64,000 nt of DNA from positions 83,131 through 147,130 of the forward strand of contig CAYPQN010000002.1 in NCBI GenBank assembly GCA_964412885.1. The letters run 5' to 3'. Of this stretch, positions 11,287 through 20,846 are shown one piece after another. Made by a program: the position numbers and the translations under genes. Every line of letters begins with the position of its first letter. The first letter of the stretch is position 1. This DNA is from an uncultured Chitinophagaceae bacterium (GTDB lineage: Bacteria; Bacteroidota; Bacteroidia; Chitinophagales; Chitinophagaceae). The notes under the pieces are model-generated. The model was not told where the DNA came from and ran no database searches. It worked only from the letters and a program-made list of their open reading frames with translations.

Positions 11287-11457
11287 TTGCTATAATCTTT
11301 ATAAAGGGTGGGTTATATAGAATTTATGGCGAAATTACCGAAAATGCAACGGAAAAAGAAATGAATTCCGTATGGATACCCGGGAAGTCTCCCAATCCAT
11401 TCGGACTGGCGGCCCGCTTTTTGTTTTTCTACTTTTATCCGCTAACATGAAACCGCC

Positions 11458-12465
11458 ATGTCCCGTATACTCTCCTGGTCCTACCGTTTTCTCTTTGGAT
11501 TATGCCTTTTTCTGCCTGGGCTCTGCGGGGCCCAGAATCACTTCCATGAGGAAGCCTTTTGGAAAAAGATTGAACCTTTGGACCAGCCCCCAGCCTTTGG
11601 GCCTGTCTTTCCGGATTCGATCCTGCTGGTCGTAAGCAATCGCCAAAAAGACGAAGGGGAAATCCGGTTCATGTCGAACCGGACCAGCTCTTCGGGAATT
11701 TCCTATTTTCTGGTCTATGCCGAACAGGGAAAATGGAAGCTGTTCTCTTTGCCGAATCTGGAACAGGGGCTGACTTATTTTAAAGACCGGGACCTGGACT
11801 GGCTGATCTATGTGGAAGGAATGGGCAAAGTCTTCGGTCATGGCCTTTCCCGGGGATTCCGGGTATCCGGGCAATATGGACTAAACCTGATTTATCTGGA
11901 CTATCCCAGTACCCACGGAGACTGGAAGGGCGCCCGAAATTTTTTCTATGCCCGGGGACAGGCCCGACGGGCCCACTGGGACTTTCTGCCGGCATTCATG
12001 GAAATCCAGAATCTGAGGGAACGGGGCCTTATGGGAAAAGGGAAACTTACTGGGTTCTTTCACTCGATGGGAAATATCCTGTTGAAAACCTTGGGCGAAA
12101 GCCCGGGCCTGGAGAGGATCAACAAAAAGGTTTGGATGGACCAGTTGATAATCAATGCCCCCTGCGTTCCGGTCCGAAATCACTGCCAATGGCTAAGTGC
12201 CTTGGAATTTGCGCAGAATAAAATCGTCGTCTACAATCCCGGAGACTATGTATTGAAAGGGGCTCGGTTGCTCAGCCTGCGCAGACAGCTGGGACATTCA
12301 TCGGGAAGAAAGCCCTGCGCCCAAGTTCGCTATATCAATTTGGAGTCCTGGGCAGCCCAATCCCATAACAATTTCCTGGTCTCGGACCAAGATCCATGGC
12401 TTTTTCCCTTTTACCTGACTATTCTCCATGGAGGCAGAGCCTATGAACCGGAAGGGAAATTCTGA
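11458..12465 (+). CDS. Secreted alpha/beta-hydrolase-like protein (DUF900-like)
   Basis: Signal peptide (LFLPGLCGAQ). FHSMGNILL resembles the GHSMG nucleophile elbow of the DUF900 hydrolase family. Function unknown. Confidence 0.5.
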   Translation: MSRILSWSYRFLFGLCLFLPGLCGAQNHFHEEAFWKKIEPLDQPPAFGPVFPDSILLVVSNRQKDEGEIRFMSNRTSSSGISYFLVYAEQGKWKLFSLPNLEQGLTYFKDRDLDWLIYVEGMGKVFGHGLSRGFRVSGQYGLNLIYLDYPSTHGDWKGARNFFYARGQARRAHWDFLPAFMEIQNLRERGLMGKGKLTGFFHSMGNILLKTLGESPGLERINKKVWMDQLIINAPCVPVRNHCQWLSALEFAQNKIVVYNPGDYVLKGARLLSLRRQLGHSSGRKPCAQVRYINLESWAAQSHNNFLVSDQDPWLFPFYLTILHGGRAYEPEGKF

Positions 12466-12575
12466 GGCAACCCTCCTCCCCCCGGAGGCAATAGAAGGAA
12501 TGCGGGGCAGGCCCCGCCAGGAAATCGTTTCCCCGATCGTCTGGACCATGAATATCCATCCTTAAACTAAAATTC

Positions 12576-13394
12576 CTATAGACTATCCATGGCGGCGCGC
12601 AACTTCAATAGCCGCGAAAGCAGGGCTTCCAACTGATCCAGGGGCAACATATTCGCTCCGTCGGAAAGGGCCTCCGAAGGACGGGGATGAGTTTCCATGA
12701 ACAGTCCATCGGCACCTACAGCCACCGCCGCCCGGGCAATGGTCTCGATCATGGTCGGATCCCCCCCGGTGACTCCCGAGGACTGATTGGGCTGCTGCAG
12801 GGAATGAGTGCAGTCCATGACCACGGGCACCCCCAAGGATTTCATCCTGGGGATGGCCCGGAAATCTACCACCAGGTCCTGATAGCCAAAACTGGTCCCT
12901 CTCTCCGTGAGCCAGATCTTCCTTGCCCGAAAATGGTTTAGCTTCTCCACTACGAACCCCATGGACTCCGGGGATAGGAACTGTCCTTTTTTGACATTGA
13001 CCAGAAGGCCCGTCGCCGCCGCTGCCTCCAGAATATCAGTTTGTCGGCATAAAAATGCCGGTATCTGAAGTATATCCACAAAGGGTGCCGCCATAGCCGC
13101 TTCATCCGCCGCATGGATATCCGTGGTCACCGGAATCTCAAATTCCCGGCGAATGGCCCCCAGGACCTCCAGTCCTTCCCGGTCTCCAATCCCCGTAAAA
13201 CTGTCCACCCGGCTCCGATTCGCTTTACGAAACGAGGCCTTGAACACCAGGGGGATGCCCAAATCAGTACAGATCTGTTTCAGCCTGAGAGCGATGTCCC
13301 GAGCTCCCTGTTCCGACTCAATTACGCAGGGGCCCGCTATCAGAAAAAATCCGGAGTTTTCCCTGGAAAATACCGATATATCCTTGGTTGACAT
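12576..13394 (-). CDS. kdsA: 3-deoxy-8-phosphooctulonate (KDO-8-P) synthase
   Basis: 272 aa. LIAGPCVIES, FKASFRKANRS, IPAFLCRQTD and DCTHSLQ motifs are typical of KdsA. Confidence 0.92.
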   Translation of the reverse strand: MSTKDISVFSRENSGFFLIAGPCVIESEQGARDIALRLKQICTDLGIPLVFKASFRKANRSRVDSFTGIGDREGLEVLGAIRREFEIPVTTDIHAADEAAMAAPFVDILQIPAFLCRQTDILEAAAATGLLVNVKKGQFLSPESMGFVVEKLNHFRARKIWLTERGTSFGYQDLVVDFRAIPRMKSLGVPVVMDCTHSLQQPNQSSGVTGGDPTMIETIARAAVAVGADGLFMETHPRPSEALSDGANMLPLDQLEALLSRLLKLRAAMDSL

Positions 13395-13487
13395 ATTATG
13401 CTATTCGGTTTCGTTCTGCTATTTTCTTCTTCGGGATACCCTCCGGGATGAGACGGTGCCATCCCCTTCATATCCCCCCTATCCTGG

Positions 13488-14918
13488 CTAACATTCGCTA
13501 AGACTCTGAGGAATATGCAGGGCTAGCCCCCCTTCGGCGGTTTCCTTGTACTTGTGGTCCATATCCTTGGCTGTCTCCCACATGGTTTTGATTACATGAT
13601 CCAGGGATACCCGAGCATGGTCGGGATTACTCTGAATGGCCAGCTGGGATGCGGTGATGGCCTTGATGGCCCCCATGGTATTCCTTTCGATGCAGGGCAC
13701 TTGCACCAGTCCCGCCACCGGGTCACAGGTCAGCCCCAGATGGTGCTCCATGGCGATTTCGGCGGCCATCATGGACTGCCGGACACTGCCCCCCAAAGCT
13801 TCCGTCAATGCCGCCGCGGCCATGGAGGAAGAAACCCCAATTTCCGCCTGACATCCCCCCATGGCCGCCGATATGGTAGCGCCCTTCTTGAAAAGACTTC
13901 CCAGTTCAGATGCGGTGAGCAAAAAGGCATAGATCTTGTCCTGATCATAACCGGTGCAGAAGGTAATCATATAATGCAGTACTGCCGGGATCACCCCCGC
14001 GGCTCCGTTGGTAGGTGCTGTCACTACCCGGGCAAATGCCGCATTCTCCTCATTGACGGCCAGGGCAAAGCAGCTTACCCAATCCAGAGTATACTTGAAG
14101 TGGTTCCCACCGGAACGAATGGCATCAATCCACTCCGGATAATCCGAATAGGTTTTCCCTTCCAGCAGCCGACGATTCAATTCCGATGCCCGACGACGGA
14201 CACCGAGCCCCCCCGGCAGTATGCCCCCGATATGGCAACCCCGGAAAGTGCAGTCCTTCATGACCTCCCAGACCTTCATCACTTCTTCGCGGGTAACCGA
14301 ATCAGGCCTCCAGGCTCTTTCATTTTCGGCCACCAGGCCAGAGATCCCCAGCCCGGTGGTCTGGCACCAGTGCTGCAGGTCTTCCGCACGATCTATGGGG
14401 TAGGGCAGTTCCACATGTCTGGCCCCTCGGTCTTCTTCCCCTTCCATAACCACAAAACCTCCCCCTATGGAATAATAAGTCCGGGACTCCCGACCTCCCC
14501 CTTCCAGCTCACAGAGAACCGTCAGGGCATTGGGATGGTAAGGCAGGGATTCATTGAACAGAAAAACCAGATCCTCTGCGGGCTGGAAGGAAATTTCCTT
14601 CTTTCCATCCAGGATCAGCCTCCCTTGATGGCGGATCTGCTCCACGCGGACATGAATTTCATTGACATCAAAGACGACTGGATCCTCCCCGCATAAACCC
14701 AGGATTACGGCCACATCCGTACCATGTCCCTTCCCCGTTTTGGCCAGGGATCCGTAAAGCAGTACCTGAACACGCTGGACTTTTTCGACTAGACCCTTCT
14801 GATTCAACTCTTTTAAGAATCGCAGAGCCGCCCTCCAGGGACCAAGGGTATGGGAGCTGCTGGGCCCGATCCCAATCTTGAACATATCCAGTACGGAAAT
14901 AGATTCTCTAGATGCCAT
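13488..14918 (-). CDS. sdaA: L-serine ammonia-lyase (iron-sulfur dependent, single chain)
   Basis: [16 protein letters not shown]-terminus. Fused beta and alpha domains with GGCQAEIG and [18 protein letters not shown] motifs. Confidence 0.9.
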   Translation of the reverse strand: MASRESISVLDMFKIGIGPSSSHTLGPWRAALRFLKELNQKGLVEKVQRVQVLLYGSLAKTGKGHGTDVAVILGLCGEDPVVFDVNEIHVRVEQIRHQGRLILDGKKEISFQPAEDLVFLFNESLPYHPNALTVLCELEGGGRESRTYYSIGGGFVVMEGEEDRGARHVELPYPIDRAEDLQHWCQTTGLGISGLVAENERAWRPDSVTREEVMKVWEVMKDCTFRGCHIGGILPGGLGVRRRASELNRRLLEGKTYSDYPEWIDAIRSGGNHFKYTLDWVSCFALAVNEENAAFARVVTAPTNGAAGVIPAVLHYMITFCTGYDQDKIYAFLLTASELGSLFKKGATISAAMGGCQAEIGVSSSMAAAALTEALGGSVRQSMMAAEIAMEHHLGLTCDPVAGLVQVPCIERNTMGAIKAITASQLAIQSNPDHARVSLDHVIKTMWETAKDMDHKYKETAEGGLALHIPQSLSEC

Positions 14919-15033
14919 GAAGCCTTTAAAAATTGAGGTGGAATGAATTCCCCTAAAGGTACGACGGGAGATCCAATATACCCTCTTTGTGGGCCAACTG
15001 CCTTAGTTCATCGCCTTGTTCCGGATCAGGCAA

Positions 15034-16815
15034 TCAATAGCCGTCCCAAAGTGCCCAAGGGAGAAGTGCCATAACCTGGCCATTCATTCTCTGCATTTTG
15101 CGAAATGGCGCCACCCAAGGCATAGTCTCTTCAGCGGCATTCCCCAGCATCTCCGCCATTTCAGCCGATCCCATACCCCTGGAAAACTGCCTAATCATCG
15201 TTTCGAATTTTTCCCGGGGATCCGGATAGGTGCGAATACGCACCTCCTCCAGCCCAGCGGCTGCCGCGGCAGAGGCAATGGCGCGGTCCACCCCGCCCAG
15301 CCCATCGATCAGCCCCTTTTCCAGGGCATCCTGGCCCACCCAGACCTTACCCTGAGCCAGGGGCTCCACTTGTTCACGAGGAATATTCCGGCCCTGGGCC
15401 ACTCGATCCAGAAATACGTCATAAATATGATCCACCCGGGATTGCATGAACTGCCTTTCCTTATCGGTAATGGACCTCAGGCCGGTGGGGAAATCTGCAA
15501 AAGGAGCATTTTTGACCTGATCAAACTTCACCCCTAGCTTATGGGCAAGAAAATCATCGGCTACGAAAAGCATTCCATATACCCCAATGCTTCCTGTAAT
15601 GGTCGCAGGAGAGGCAAATACACTATCTCCGGAGCAGGCTATGTAATAGGCCGCGGAAGTGGCCATGTCCCCCATGGATACAATCAGGGGCTTTTCCTCG
15701 GCCAAAAGCCTCAGTTCCCTCCATATGGATTCCGCCGCCAGGGGACTTCCCCCGGGGGAATTGATCCTCAGCACCACGGATTTGATCCGGTCATTCTCCC
15801 GGATCTTTCTGATCTCCCGGCGCAGGGCCGTAGGATTGATGCCCATGCCCTGAGGCCCTTCTCCCTCCCCTACTTCGCCCTCGGCAATCAGCAGGGCAAT
15901 CATCCCTTCGGTACCGCCCTGGGTCTTCAGGGACTGGGAATAGTCCGCCAGACTGATATAAGGAATCTTCTTCCCCGAATCCAGATCCAGGCGGCGGCGG
16001 ATCAAATCTTCCAATTCATCCCAGTACAGAAGTCCGTCGACCAAACCGTGCTCCATTGCCTGTTCTGCCCACTGAATACTACCGCTTTGGGCCAGTTCAT
16101 GGATTTGATCCCCGGACTTTCCCGAGTGCTCGGCCACTTTCCCCAGGTAGATGTCCCAAAGCGCCGACTGATACTCTTCAATCTGCTGGCGATTCTCCGG
16201 GCTGATGTCCGCACGGCGAAAGGGCTCCGTGGCGCTTTTGAATTTTCCGGCATAGAATATCTCCGGTTCAATCTCCAACTTATTCAGTGCACCCTGGAAA
16301 AACGGGATCACGGTGGCCAGACCTCTAAGGGAAAAGCTGCCCATGGGATGAACGAAAACACTATCACTGACCGACCCGGTGAGGTAATTGCCCTGAAGGA
16401 TGTGCTCTCCATAGGCATAAACAAATTTTCCCGAGCTCCGGAAATACTCCAGGGCTTCCCGGATCTCCAGCAGGGTGGACCATCCGTTGGACCCCGGATT
16501 CAACTTGAGCAGCACTCCCTTAATGCGGTCATCCTCCCGGGCGCGGAGCAGGGTTCGGTATGTCCGGGTCAGTCCCGGCCGAAACTGGGATTCGTCGAAA
16601 AGAGCCGCCAGGCTGTTCACCTGATCGCCTTCCAGAAAGGAGTCTCCCAGGTCCAGCACCAGGACGGAATTGGCCCGAGGACCGGTGGAGGAACCGGCCT
16701 TGGAGATCTGGGTGGCGGCGGCCACCAGCATACCTATGGTCACGCCGATAATGATTACCACGGTAACGACCATGGCCATCATGGAGGCAAAAAACATCTT
16801 AAAAAACTGCTTCAT
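15034..16815 (-). CDS. sppA: Signal peptide peptidase SppA, 67K type (two S49 domains)
   Basis: N-terminal TM helix after MKQFFKMFF (ATG at 16815 checked). Tandem S49 ClpP-like domains with GDMATSAAYYIA (Ser) and a downstream KG..WVGQDAL region. Confidence 0.88.
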   Translation of the reverse strand: MKQFFKMFFASMMAMVVTVVIIIGVTIGMLVAAATQISKAGSSTGPRANSVLVLDLGDSFLEGDQVNSLAALFDESQFRPGLTRTYRTLLRAREDDRIKGVLLKLNPGSNGWSTLLEIREALEYFRSSGKFVYAYGEHILQGNYLTGSVSDSVFVHPMGSFSLRGLATVIPFFQGALNKLEIEPEIFYAGKFKSATEPFRRADISPENRQQIEEYQSALWDIYLGKVAEHSGKSGDQIHELAQSGSIQWAEQAMEHGLVDGLLYWDELEDLIRRRLDLDSGKKIPYISLADYSQSLKTQGGTEGMIALLIAEGEVGEGEGPQGMGINPTALRREIRKIRENDRIKSVVLRINSPGGSPLAAESIWRELRLLAEEKPLIVSMGDMATSAAYYIACSGDSVFASPATITGSIGVYGMLFVADDFLAHKLGVKFDQVKNAPFADFPTGLRSITDKERQFMQSRVDHIYDVFLDRVAQGRNIPREQVEPLAQGKVWVGQDALEKGLIDGLGGVDRAIASAAAAAGLEEVRIRTYPDPREKFETMIRQFSRGMGSAEMAEMLGNAAEETMPWVAPFRKMQRMNGQVMALLPWALWDGY

Positions 16816-17081
16816 ATATTCTTGGCATTGGAAATGAATACTCAAATATAGCACAGTCCCCGTCCCCCCGGGCAATTTGTCGGCAAAAACCCGTCCAAGG
16901 TCGGTGAATCCCCGGCCCGATCAGGCCGAGGGCTCCATTCTCTCCCGAATTGCTTCCCCTGCCCCATTCGCCTTTCTCCTTAGCCCGCCAAGCTTGGAGG
17001 CAATCCCCTATATTTGCCCTGCCCAGAAGACAGGACTTGCCTGCGAATGCCGGCTCCACAAAACTCTTGGCCAACTCCTCC

Positions 17082-17615
17082 ATGCTCCCTATATCCCCTT
17101 CTCCTGAAACGGATTCATCCCGGGAAAAAGTTCACCTGCTCATCGGCAGCAATGAAGGAGACCGAATGTATTGGATCCGGATGGCCATCCGGGAAATACA
17201 AACACATATAGGACCTATTATTCGAAAATCCCAGATCTATGAAACCACCGCCTGGGGTAAGGAAGATCAACCCGATTTTCTCAATATGGCCCTGGAACTG
17301 TCCAACTCCTTGTCGCCCAGGGAATTGCTGAAAGCCGTCCAGGAAATAGAGCAGAGAGCCGGGAGGCAAAGAACCGTGGTCTGGGGACAGAGAACCCTTG
17401 ACCTGGACATTCTCTTCATGGGGGACAGAGTCATCCACTGGCCTATGCTGGAAGTGCCCCATCCGGCCATGGCCCTGCGAAGGTTTGTCCTTCAGCCCCT
17501 TAGCGAAATCGCCCCGGACCAGATGCATCCCCTGCTTGGTATCTCCGTATCCCGAATGCTGGCCGAATGCCCGGATCCTTTGTCTGTCCGGGTTCATAGT
17601 TCGGTGATTCCGTAA
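17082..17615 (+). CDS. folK: 2-amino-4-hydroxy-6-hydroxymethyldihydropteridine diphosphokinase
   Basis: VHLLIGSNEGDR start region, WGQRTLDLDIL and VPHPAMALRRFVLQPL motifs of HPPK. The start is uncertain (17082 ATG chosen; the track ORF extends to 16950). Confidence 0.78.
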   Translation: MLPISPSPETDSSREKVHLLIGSNEGDRMYWIRMAIREIQTHIGPIIRKSQIYETTAWGKEDQPDFLNMALELSNSLSPRELLKAVQEIEQRAGRQRTVVWGQRTLDLDILFMGDRVIHWPMLEVPHPAMALRRFVLQPLSEIAPDQMHPLLGISVSRMLAECPDPLSVRVHSSVIP

Positions 17616-17624
17616 TATTGCAAG

Positions 17625-18305
17625 ATGAGGCCCGATTTCCCCTATCCCTTCCTGGCCGTGGAAGGCAATATTGGGTCCGGTAAGACCCATTTGGCCAAGG
17701 CCCTCTCTTCCCTGCTCTGCGCGGACCTTCTGCTCGAAGAATTCGATCAAAATCCCCATATCCGCCCTTTCTACCAGGGGGAGGCCAATGCCCGGTTCCC
17801 TTTGGAAACCAGCTTGAGGGCCCGGCGCCACGAACTCCTGGCCCACTACTTTTCCCGGGATCCTTCCCAAAGAGCCCCGGTGGTGGTCAGCGATTTCCAC
17901 CCGATGAAGTCCTGGGTTTTCTCGCGGATCAACCTCAGCGGGGAAGAGAGAAAAGCTTTTGAGTCCGGGGATCCATTCCAGGACTCCTCCCTTCCTATGC
18001 CCGATCTTCTGGTCTTCCTCTGGCCTTCCCTGGAAAGGATCCATAAACAGATCGAAAACCGGGGCAGGCCCTATGAAAAAGGGATATCACCGGATTATCT
18101 CCACCAGTTGGATCTGGCCTATGCCCAATTCCTGGACCTGGAGATTCCCCCGACCCCCACGCTGATCGTCCATATGCCGGCCTCCTCGCCTAAACCCGGG
18201 GAATTGGCCCGGGATCTGATTGCCCTGGTCTGTGGGCAACAAAAAGCGCTACCGGGAAAAATCCGGGTCGAAGCCCGCCATTTTCCCCGCCGAAATGGGA
18301 TTTAA
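17625..18305 (+). CDS. Deoxynucleoside kinase
   Basis: P-loop VEGNIGSGKTHLAKAL. A dNK-family ERS-like region and a lid region (IENRGRPYE). Confidence 0.8.
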   Translation: MRPDFPYPFLAVEGNIGSGKTHLAKALSSLLCADLLLEEFDQNPHIRPFYQGEANARFPLETSLRARRHELLAHYFSRDPSQRAPVVVSDFHPMKSWVFSRINLSGEERKAFESGDPFQDSSLPMPDLLVFLWPSLERIHKQIENRGRPYEKGISPDYLHQLDLAYAQFLDLEIPPTPTLIVHMPASSPKPGELARDLIALVCGQQKALPGKIRVEARHFPRRNGI

Positions 18306-18601
18306 CAAAAGTTTGTCTTTAGGTTCCTGATTCATATTTTTATATAGTAACAAAAGGAAAATGGAATAGAAATCAGGTCCACTCAAGCCCGCTCCGGGAT
18401 TCATCTCCGATTAGCCCCCGACCGAAACGATGGCTCCCCGCTCTGGCGGCCCTGTACCAAGTCCCCCGGCCCGCTCTCCAAGCCTCAACTGATGGTTATG
18501 TTTCGTAAATTCGCGAACGCTGGCAAAGCACCTCATGTCCTCGGTTCGAAGACGGGAGTCACCATGGATTACACATTTCACCTGGATTAATTTTTTTTGT
18601 T

Positions 18602-20833
18602 ATGGATGCAGGTATGACTACCTCAAAAACTAGTGCCAAATGGAATCTCAGGAAGTCCCTTACGGAACATTTTGGGTTTAAAAGCTTCAAGGGGGATCAG
18701 GAAAAAATCATTCGCAGCATCTTGGCCGGGAAGGACACTTTCGTGATCATGCCCACGGGGGGAGGGAAATCCCTATGCTACCAGCTGCCGGCCTTATTGA
18801 TGGACGGGGTGGCCATTGTGGTTTCTCCGTTGATTGCCCTGATGAAAAATCAGGTGGACCTGATCCGGGGATACAGCAGCAAGGACAACGTGGCCCATTT
18901 TCTCAACTCGACCCTGTCCAAGGCTCAGCAGAAAAACGTCCGGGCGGATCTGAGTTCAGGAAAAACCAAAATGCTTTATGTAGCCCCCGAGACCCTGACT
19001 AAGAAAGAAAACATCGATTTTTTCGCGGACATAAACATATCCTTCATTGCCGTGGATGAGGCGCATTGCATATCCGAATGGGGGCATGATTTCCGTCCCG
19101 AATACCGGAAACTGAGGGGGATGATCGATGAAATCAATGATTCCTTGCCCATCATTGCACTAACGGCCACCGCCACCCCCAAGGTCCAGGATGACATCAT
19201 CAAAAACCTGGGATTGAAAGATGCCCAGATCTTCAAGTCGTCATTTAATCGCCCCAATCTCTATTATGAGATCCAGCCCAAGGGCAAAAAGGATCAGGTG
19301 CTCAGGAATATGGTCCGCTTCATCCATTCCATGAAGGGAAAAAGCGGAATCATCTATACGCTGAATCGGAAAACCACCGAAGAACTGGCCAGCACGCTTA
19401 CGGCGAACGGCATTTCGGCTGTAGCCTACCATGCCGGACTGGATGCTGCCGTCCGGGCCAAAAGGCAGGATCAGTTCCTGATGGAGAAAGTAGACGTCAT
19501 CGTGGCCACCATTGCCTTCGGCATGGGCATAGACAAACCGGATATCCGTTTTGTCATCCATCATAACATCCCCAAATCCCTGGAAAACTACTACCAGGAA
19601 ACCGGCCGGGCCGGCCGGGACGGCAAAGACGGGAAATGCCTGCTGTATTTTTCCCATAAGGATGTGCAGAAGCTCGAGCACCTGATGAGGGATAAACCGC
19701 TGAGCGAAAGAGAGATGGGCGCCCAGTTGATCTCCGAAACCCTGGCCTATGTGGAAAGCGGGGTATGCAGGCGGAAGCTTTTGCTCCATTATTTCGGGGA
19801 GAACTTTTCGGAGCAAAACTGCGGAAACTGCGACAATTGCCTTCGACCAAAGGAAAGGCTGGACGTGCGAGACAGTTCCAAGATCGTCCTGGAAGCCATC
19901 AGGGAACTATCCGAGCGCTTCAATATAGATTATGTGGTGCATGTCATCCTGGGGCAGGCCAATCCCCAGATCAAAACCTTCCGTCACGACAAACTCAAAT
20001 CCTTCGGTGCCGGGAAAGTGATGAAAATGGAAGCCAATTTCTGGCATTCCCTTATCCGCCAAATGATGCTTGAAGGACTGATTCAAAAAGACATAGAGGA
20101 ATACGGACTGCTCAAGATCACCGAAAAAGGCCACCAGTTCCTGAAGAAACCCTTCCCCATTCAAGTAGTGCTGAATCATCATTATGAAGACGACCTGCAG
20201 GATATGGAGGCCGCCGAAGGCGCCCAGGCTCCGGCCACGGTGGATCCGGTTCTGCTGGAACAACTCATTGCCCTGAGAAGGGAAGTGGCCAAAGAAAAAG
20301 GCCTGCCTCCATTTGTCATCTTCCTGGAAAACTCCCTGGAGGATATGGCCCTGAATTATCCCACCACCATGGAAGAACTGGGCAGGATTCATGGGGTCAG
20401 CAAGGGCAAGGCCATGCGCTATGGAAGCAAGTTTATCGCCCGGATCAAGGCCTATGTGGAAGAAAACGACATCATTAAGCCCGATGATTTCATCATGAAA
20501 AGCGTGGTGAACAAAAGCGGGATGAAGGTGTTCATTATCCAGAACATCGACAAGAAAATCCCCCTGGAAACCATTGCCAAGAACCGGGGAATCACCCTAC
20601 AGGAACTTCTGGTGGAAATGGAAACCATAGTGGCCAGCGGCACCCGCCTCAACATCGATTATTGCATAGACCAGGAATTGGACGAATACGAACAGGAAGA
20701 TATTTTTGATTACTTTAGAGAGTCCACAGATGATAATCTGGAATTAGCCTATGAGGAATTCAGGGACCGGGACATCAATATAGAACAGCTGCAAATGATG
20801 AGAATCAAGTTCCTCAGTGAATTTGCCAACTAA
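18602..20833 (+). CDS. recQ: ATP-dependent DNA helicase RecQ
   Basis: FGFKSFKGDQEKII, PTGGGKSLCYQLPA (motif I), DEAHCISEWGHDFRPEY (DEAH), Zn-finger CRRKLLLHYFGE...CGNCDNC and a C-terminal HRDC region. Confidence 0.93.
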   Translation: MDAGMTTSKTSAKWNLRKSLTEHFGFKSFKGDQEKIIRSILAGKDTFVIMPTGGGKSLCYQLPALLMDGVAIVVSPLIALMKNQVDLIRGYSSKDNVAHFLNSTLSKAQQKNVRADLSSGKTKMLYVAPETLTKKENIDFFADINISFIAVDEAHCISEWGHDFRPEYRKLRGMIDEINDSLPIIALTATATPKVQDDIIKNLGLKDAQIFKSSFNRPNLYYEIQPKGKKDQVLRNMVRFIHSMKGKSGIIYTLNRKTTEELASTLTANGISAVAYHAGLDAAVRAKRQDQFLMEKVDVIVATIAFGMGIDKPDIRFVIHHNIPKSLENYYQETGRAGRDGKDGKCLLYFSHKDVQKLEHLMRDKPLSEREMGAQLISETLAYVESGVCRRKLLLHYFGENFSEQNCGNCDNCLRPKERLDVRDSSKIVLEAIRELSERFNIDYVVHVILGQANPQIKTFRHDKLKSFGAGKVMKMEANFWHSLIRQMMLEGLIQKDIEEYGLLKITEKGHQFLKKPFPIQVVLNHHYEDDLQDMEAAEGAQAPATVDPVLLEQLIALRREVAKEKGLPPFVIFLENSLEDMALNYPTTMEELGRIHGVSKGKAMRYGSKFIARIKAYVEENDIIKPDDFIMKSVVNKSGMKVFIIQNIDKKIPLETIAKNRGITLQELLVEMETIVASGTRLNIDYCIDQELDEYEQEDIFDYFRESTDDNLELAYEEFRDRDINIEQLQMMRIKFLSEFAN

Positions 20834-20846
20834 AAGGGAATCAAAT

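Noticed and set aside
15541-16851. Very long antisense ORFs opposite real genes:
- 436 aa opposite sppA (this span);
- 418 aa at 61239-62495 opposite parE;
- 380 aa at 13554-14696 opposite sdaA;
- 341 aa at 33081-34106 opposite tamB;
- 309 aa at 17115-18044 opposite folK and the deoxynucleoside kinase gene;
- 299 aa at 8731-9630 opposite aconitase.
   Set aside because: In all six cases I checked the coordinates modulo 3. The antisense ORF shares exact codon boundaries with the sense gene. In that frame a stop can arise only where the sense strand uses TTA, CTA or TCA, so these ORFs simply reflect depletion of those codons. Their translations are Gly/Pro/Arg-rich with no recognisable motifs, whereas the sense strands carry unambiguous family signatures. 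The 17115-18044 ORF even runs across two separate genes that happen to share a frame.
18543-18550. GGTTCGAA T-loop-like sequence upstream of recQ, which might indicate a tRNA or tmRNA.
   Set aside because: The flanking bases do not form a T-stem, and no acceptor or anticodon arms can be drawn around it.
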